A DNA stretch of 30,401 bases, taken from positions 1-30,401 of the forward strand of contig JASLXV010000099.1 in assembly GCA_030740155.1 (NCBI GenBank). The letters are read 5' to 3'. Below, piece by piece: positions 27,298-30,401 of this stretch. The notes beneath the pieces are model-generated. The model ran no database searches, was not told the origin of the DNA, and saw nothing but the letters and a program-made list of their open reading frames with translations. This stretch comes from Dehalococcoidia bacterium. GTDB taxonomy: Bacteria; Chloroflexota; Dehalococcoidia; Lucifugimonadales; UBA3495. Numbering within the stretch: the first letter of the stretch is position 1; the number at the start of each line of letters is the position of its first letter. The position numbers were made by a program, and so were the translations under genes.

Positions 27298-28401
27298 TCA
27301 CTCCACAGGCAGCGACAGGTGCTCTTCTGGTGGCTCGCCAGTGAGGACCGAGCCTTCCCGAACGGGGTAATATACCCGTGCACGGGTCTTTCCGACCGGC
27401 ACCAACGCTCCCGCCTCAACCATCTCCGCGAGGTCCCTTGAAGCCGTGACCGGTGAAACCCCGGTGATTTCGATGTACTCTGGTCGGGTGATTTTACCCG
27501 TTTGGAGGGCGAACCAGAGGCCATCAACTTGCCGAGGTACCCAGCCTTTCTCCGTTCCGACCCTGTACACTTCCTGCATCCGGCGATGCCAGTCGGTCAG
27601 GTATGCCACAAACTCGGAAACGTGCCGGTCCAAGGCCAGAGCGAAGAATTCGAGCCAAGGGGTTGCATCGTATCCCCGCGAGAAACTTGTCCCGAGCGTC
27701 CGCTCAATGGCGGTGAAATAGGAGTCACGATCCTGAAACAAGTAGTTTTCAAGGGCTAGAAGCTTTCTGAAGCTGAATGGCGACCTCTGCAGAATCAGGG
27801 TCGTAAGCCCCCGCGCGGTCCGGCCGTTTCCGTCCCAGAACGGATGGATCGCAACCGAGTGAATGTGGGCGATGCCTGCCCTGGCGACCGGATGCACGTC
27901 ATCCGTATCCTGCCGTAGCCAGAGGGCGAAAGACCGCATCAATCCCGGCACGCCCCCCTGGTCCGGAGGCGTGTAATTGCCCACCGTGTTTTGCCCTTTG
28001 CGGTACACGCCGGGCGTCACCGTATCGGGCGCGCCGGTCATGAAGAACCGGTTCAGTTGCCGCATAACCAACTCGTCGATGGGGATATCCGCCTGATCGC
28101 TCAGAAAATCGATGAAATCGTAGGCTTGGAGGGCATTGATGTTGGCCTGCTCGTCCGGGGTCGGATTCCTCACTCCCCCATCTCCGAGAAGGTTCCGGAC
28201 CCCCGTTTCGTCCAGGGTGGCTCCTTCAATCCGGGTGGTTCCGGCGGCGCGTTTGACTTTTATCTCCCGGCGCAGCCATGCTTCGTGCTTCGGCATCAGG
28301 AGCATGTTATTGACCAGCCAAAGCTGGCGCTCAATGTCTTCGATGGCTGAATCGATGGCCGGTGTGATGGTGTAATGAGGGGCAAAGATATTATCATTCA
28401 T
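27298..28401 (-). CDS. Fic family protein (class II) with C-terminal HTH
   Basis: Canonical HPFWDGNGRTAR; N-terminal inhibitory motif TTRIEG; C-terminal ITRPEY..TGVSPVTASRDL winged HTH. Confidence 0.93.
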   Translation of the reverse strand: MNDNIFAPHYTITPAIDSAIEDIERQLWLVNNMLLMPKHEAWLRREIKVKRAAGTTRIEGATLDETGVRNLLGDGGVRNPTPDEQANINALQAYDFIDFLSDQADIPIDELVMRQLNRFFMTGAPDTVTPGVYRKGQNTVGNYTPPDQGGVPGLMRSFALWLRQDTDDVHPVARAGIAHIHSVAIHPFWDGNGRTARGLTTLILQRSPFSFRKLLALENYLFQDRDSYFTAIERTLGTSFSRGYDATPWLEFFALALDRHVSEFVAYLTDWHRRMQEVYRVGTEKGWVPRQVDGLWFALQTGKITRPEYIEITGVSPVTASRDLAEMVEAGALVPVGKTRARVYYPVREGSVLTGEPPEEHLSLPVE

Positions 28402-28442
28402 GTCATATTACTGCTTATTAACATGTAGTATTGATATGAATT

Positions 28443-28471
28443 ATAATATCACGCCCAGTCGTTCGCGTCAA
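28443..28471 (-). promoter_or_regulatory. Putative sigma70 promoter for fic
   Basis: Minus strand TTGACG-N17-TATTAT with extended TG; overlapping TATAAT 3 nt downstream. Confidence 0.65.
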
Positions 28472-28576
28472 CGGTAATCGAGGGTTCGCCAAGCCCCGCG
28501 ATGGCAACTGCGGGAGACTCGCCAGGCTATCCGACCATGTGCCACGCTTCCGGGCGGCGGCTGTTTTCCCTACCTG

Positions 28577-28605
28577 TTGACAATTGTTGACCCTTGGCAT
28601 AGACT
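28577..28605 (+). promoter_or_regulatory. Sigma70 promoter of the leader peptide / reductase transcript
   Basis: TTGACA(28577-28582)-N17-TAGACT(28600-28605); leader ATG lies 8 nt downstream. Confidence 0.75.
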
Positions 28606-28613
28606 TTCTGTTA

Positions 28614-28697
28614 ATGAGTTCCGTAGTTATGGCCATGACCTGTTGCATGTGTTCTTGTCCCTGTACATTGGGGGGGCAGGAGGGTCATGTAATCTAG
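28614..28697 (+). CDS. Cys/Met-rich attenuator leader peptide (27 aa)
   Basis: MSSVVMAMTCCMCSCPCTLGGQEGHVI*; 5 Cys codons within 8 codons, 4 Met; sits between promoter and terminator upstream of a sulfite/nitrite reductase. Confidence 0.82.
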   Translation: MSSVVMAMTCCMCSCPCTLGGQEGHVI

Positions 28698-28725
28698 CAG
28701 CCTCGTAGACCGCTCTTCGCCCGCC
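28670..28725 (+). promoter_or_regulatory. Antiterminator (2:3) pairing
   Basis: GG-GGGC-AGGAG-GGTC (within 28670-28686) pairs with GACC-g-CTCTT-c-GCCC-g-CC (28708-28725), sequestering the 5' arm of the terminator. Confidence 0.75.
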
Positions 28726-28755
28726 AGTTTTTGACGATTGGCGGGTTTTTATTTT
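28720..28755 (+). terminator. Intrinsic terminator (attenuator 3:4)
   Basis: CCCGCCAGT-loop-ATTGGCGGG followed by TTTTTATTTT, about 22 nt upstream of the reductase start. Confidence 0.88.
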
Positions 28756-28777
28756 GTCTAATTCTCAGGAGGATCAG

Positions 28778-30401
28778 TTGAGCACTCGGACCAAGGCCAT
28801 TCAGGTACGCACCCAGGAGGAACTCTACCGGGAAAGCAAGCAGCTGGCCCAGACCTCCTCGGGGATCATTCCATTCATCGACTACGAGATAGAGCGCCTC
28901 GAAGAGGAGTCGGCCGCGTATGTCGCCGGAGAACTGGAGGACAGCCAGTTCATTCCCTTCCGGCTCCGGCAGGGCGTGTACGGGCAACGGCAACCCAACG
29001 TGCAGATGGTGCGGGTAAAGATCCCTGGTGGCATCCTCACGCCTGAGGCGCTGGAAACCCTGGGGACCATAGCTGAGGAGTACGCCCCTCTGGGCAAAGG
29101 CCACGTCACCACCCGGGAGAACTTCCAGTTCCATCACGTGCCGCTGGCCAGGTGCCCTGAGGTGCTGCGGCTGCTGGGCGAAGTGGGTTTGAGCACGAGG
29201 GAAGCCTGCGGCAACTCGGTCCGCAACGTGATCGGATCCCCGGTTGCTGGGGTATGCGCCGACGAGGTCTTCGACCCGACACCCTATCTCGCGGCTTACG
29301 TCCGTTTCGGGGTGCGCCACCCGATTACTCAGAACTTCCCCCGGAAGTTCAAGACAGCCTTTACCGGCTGCTCCAGCCACGACAGCGTCGCCGCCGCTAT
29401 CCAGGACCTGACCTACGTCTCCCAGCTGCGAGTAGAGGGAGGCGTCGAGAAGCGGGGCTTCAAGGTCTACGTCGGGGGTGCGACCTCAATCATGCCCCGG
29501 CTGGCCAAAGCCCTCTACGAGTTCGTGCCCGAAGAGGACTACCTGCGGGTGGCCCTGGCCATCTGGACGGTGTTCAACGACGCGAACATGCTGCGGAAGA
29601 ACCGCATGATGGCCCGGCTGAAGGTCCTCATCGACCGGATCGGTCTCGACGCCTTCCGCGAGTCGGTGGACGCTGAGCTGGAGAAGATCGGCCCCATCGA
29701 CCCTACACTCCTGATGGCCGCCGAGGAGATACAGAGAGAGACGCCGCCCGGGCTGGGGCCAGTTTCCGGTCTGGTGGTCGGGGCGAACGGGCAGATCAGC
29801 AATGGCGGCGGGGAGCACGGCCGTTGGGTCGAGTCCAACGTTTCAGCCCAACGGCAGGAAGGCTACTACCTGATTCACGTAAAGCTGCCCCGGGGCGACG
29901 TCAACTACGCCCAGTTCCGGGGCTTGGCCGACATCGTCCGCCGCTACACGGGGGGGCGGGCCCGCACCAACCTGGAACAGAACCTGGTTCTTCGTTGGGT
30001 ACCGGGCTCCCACCTGAAACAGGTGTGGGAGGCCCTGAAAGCAATCGATCTCGCCGGACCCGGCGCCCGGTCTATCACGAACGTCGTGTCCTGCCCCGGC
30101 ACCGATAGCTGCAAATTGGGCATAACCTCCTCCATGGGGCTGGCCAAGGCGATCGGAGAGGAGATGGCGACCTGGAACGGCCTGGGAAGCGACGAAGAAA
30201 TTCAGAAGCTCCGCATCAAGATCAGCGGCTGCCCCAACGGGTGCGGGCACCACCACATCGCCAACATCGGCTTCCACGGCGCCGCCGTCAAGGGCCCGGA
30301 CGGGGGGCAGATACCGGCCTACGAGCTCTTTTTGGGCGGCAACTACGGCGGCAGCCGCATCGAAGATTCCCGTGTCGGCACCCGCGTCCCCAGGGTGAAA
30401 A
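28778..30401 (+). CDS. Siroheme/[4Fe-4S] sulfite (or nitrite) reductase, 3'-truncated by window end
   Basis: Absent from the ORF track (no stop in window). AGGAGG SD plus TTG; translates to RLRQGVYGQRQ, MVRVKIPGG, HVTTRENFQ, EACGNSVRNV, PRKFK, SCPGTDSCKLG and ISGCPNGCGHH. Confidence 0.93.
   Translation, partial: MSTRTKAIQVRTQEELYRESKQLAQTSSGIIPFIDYEIERLEEESAAYVAGELEDSQFIPFRLRQGVYGQRQPNVQMVRVKIPGGILTPEALETLGTIAEEYAPLGKGHVTTRENFQFHHVPLARCPEVLRLLGEVGLSTREACGNSVRNVIGSPVAGVCADEVFDPTPYLAAYVRFGVRHPITQNFPRKFKTAFTGCSSHDSVAAAIQDLTYVSQLRVEGGVEKRGFKVYVGGATSIMPRLAKALYEFVPEEDYLRVALAIWTVFNDANMLRKNRMMARLKVLIDRIGLDAFRESVDAELEKIGPIDPTLLMAAEEIQRETPPGLGPVSGLVVGANGQISNGGGEHGRWVESNVSAQRQEGYYLIHVKLPRGDVNYAQFRGLADIVRRYTGGRARTNLEQNLVLRWVPGSHLKQVWEALKAIDLAGPGARSITNVVSCPGTDSCKLGITSSMGLAKAIGEEMATWNGLGSDEEIQKLRIKISGCPNGCGHHHIANIGFHGAAVKGPDGGQIPAYELFLGGNYGGSRIEDSRVGTRVPRVK

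Overview
GC-rich bacterial chromosomal window. The gene repertoire and the Pro/Thr/Ala-linker lipoprotein suggest Chloroflexota, possibly Dehalococcoidia/SAR202-like (inference only). In order it holds: tRNA-Lys(UUU); a peptide/nickel-type ABC binding protein plus two permeases (no ATPase); enoyl-CoA hydratase; long Rel (RelA/SpoT); Rid-family protein; MFS transporter; membrane protein; 2-hydroxyacid dehydrogenase; lactonase; a minus-strand AOR / family III CoA-transferase / AMDase-like run; a truncated methyltransferase; an orphan SdhA/NadB-like flavoprotein; a repeat-containing hypothetical protein; a complete 1,995-bp IS1595-family element; a glycine-oxidase-like flavoprotein; a monothiol thioredoxin; a Fic-HTH protein; and the 5' part of a siroheme sulfite/nitrite reductase. 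The IS has 24-bp TIRs and an 8-bp TSD, sits at the exact centre of a REP-like palindrome, and carries a frameshifted HEPN-like passenger and an unannotated 44-aa ORF. The top finding is an unannotated, apparently leaderless 27-aa Cys/Met-rich leader peptide (28614-28697) upstream of the reductase. It has complete, mutually exclusive 1:2, 2:3 and 3:4 (terminator) pairings, i.e. a candidate sulfur-amino-acid-sensing ribosome-mediated transcription attenuator. All calls come from reading motifs by eye; no database searches or folding programs were run.
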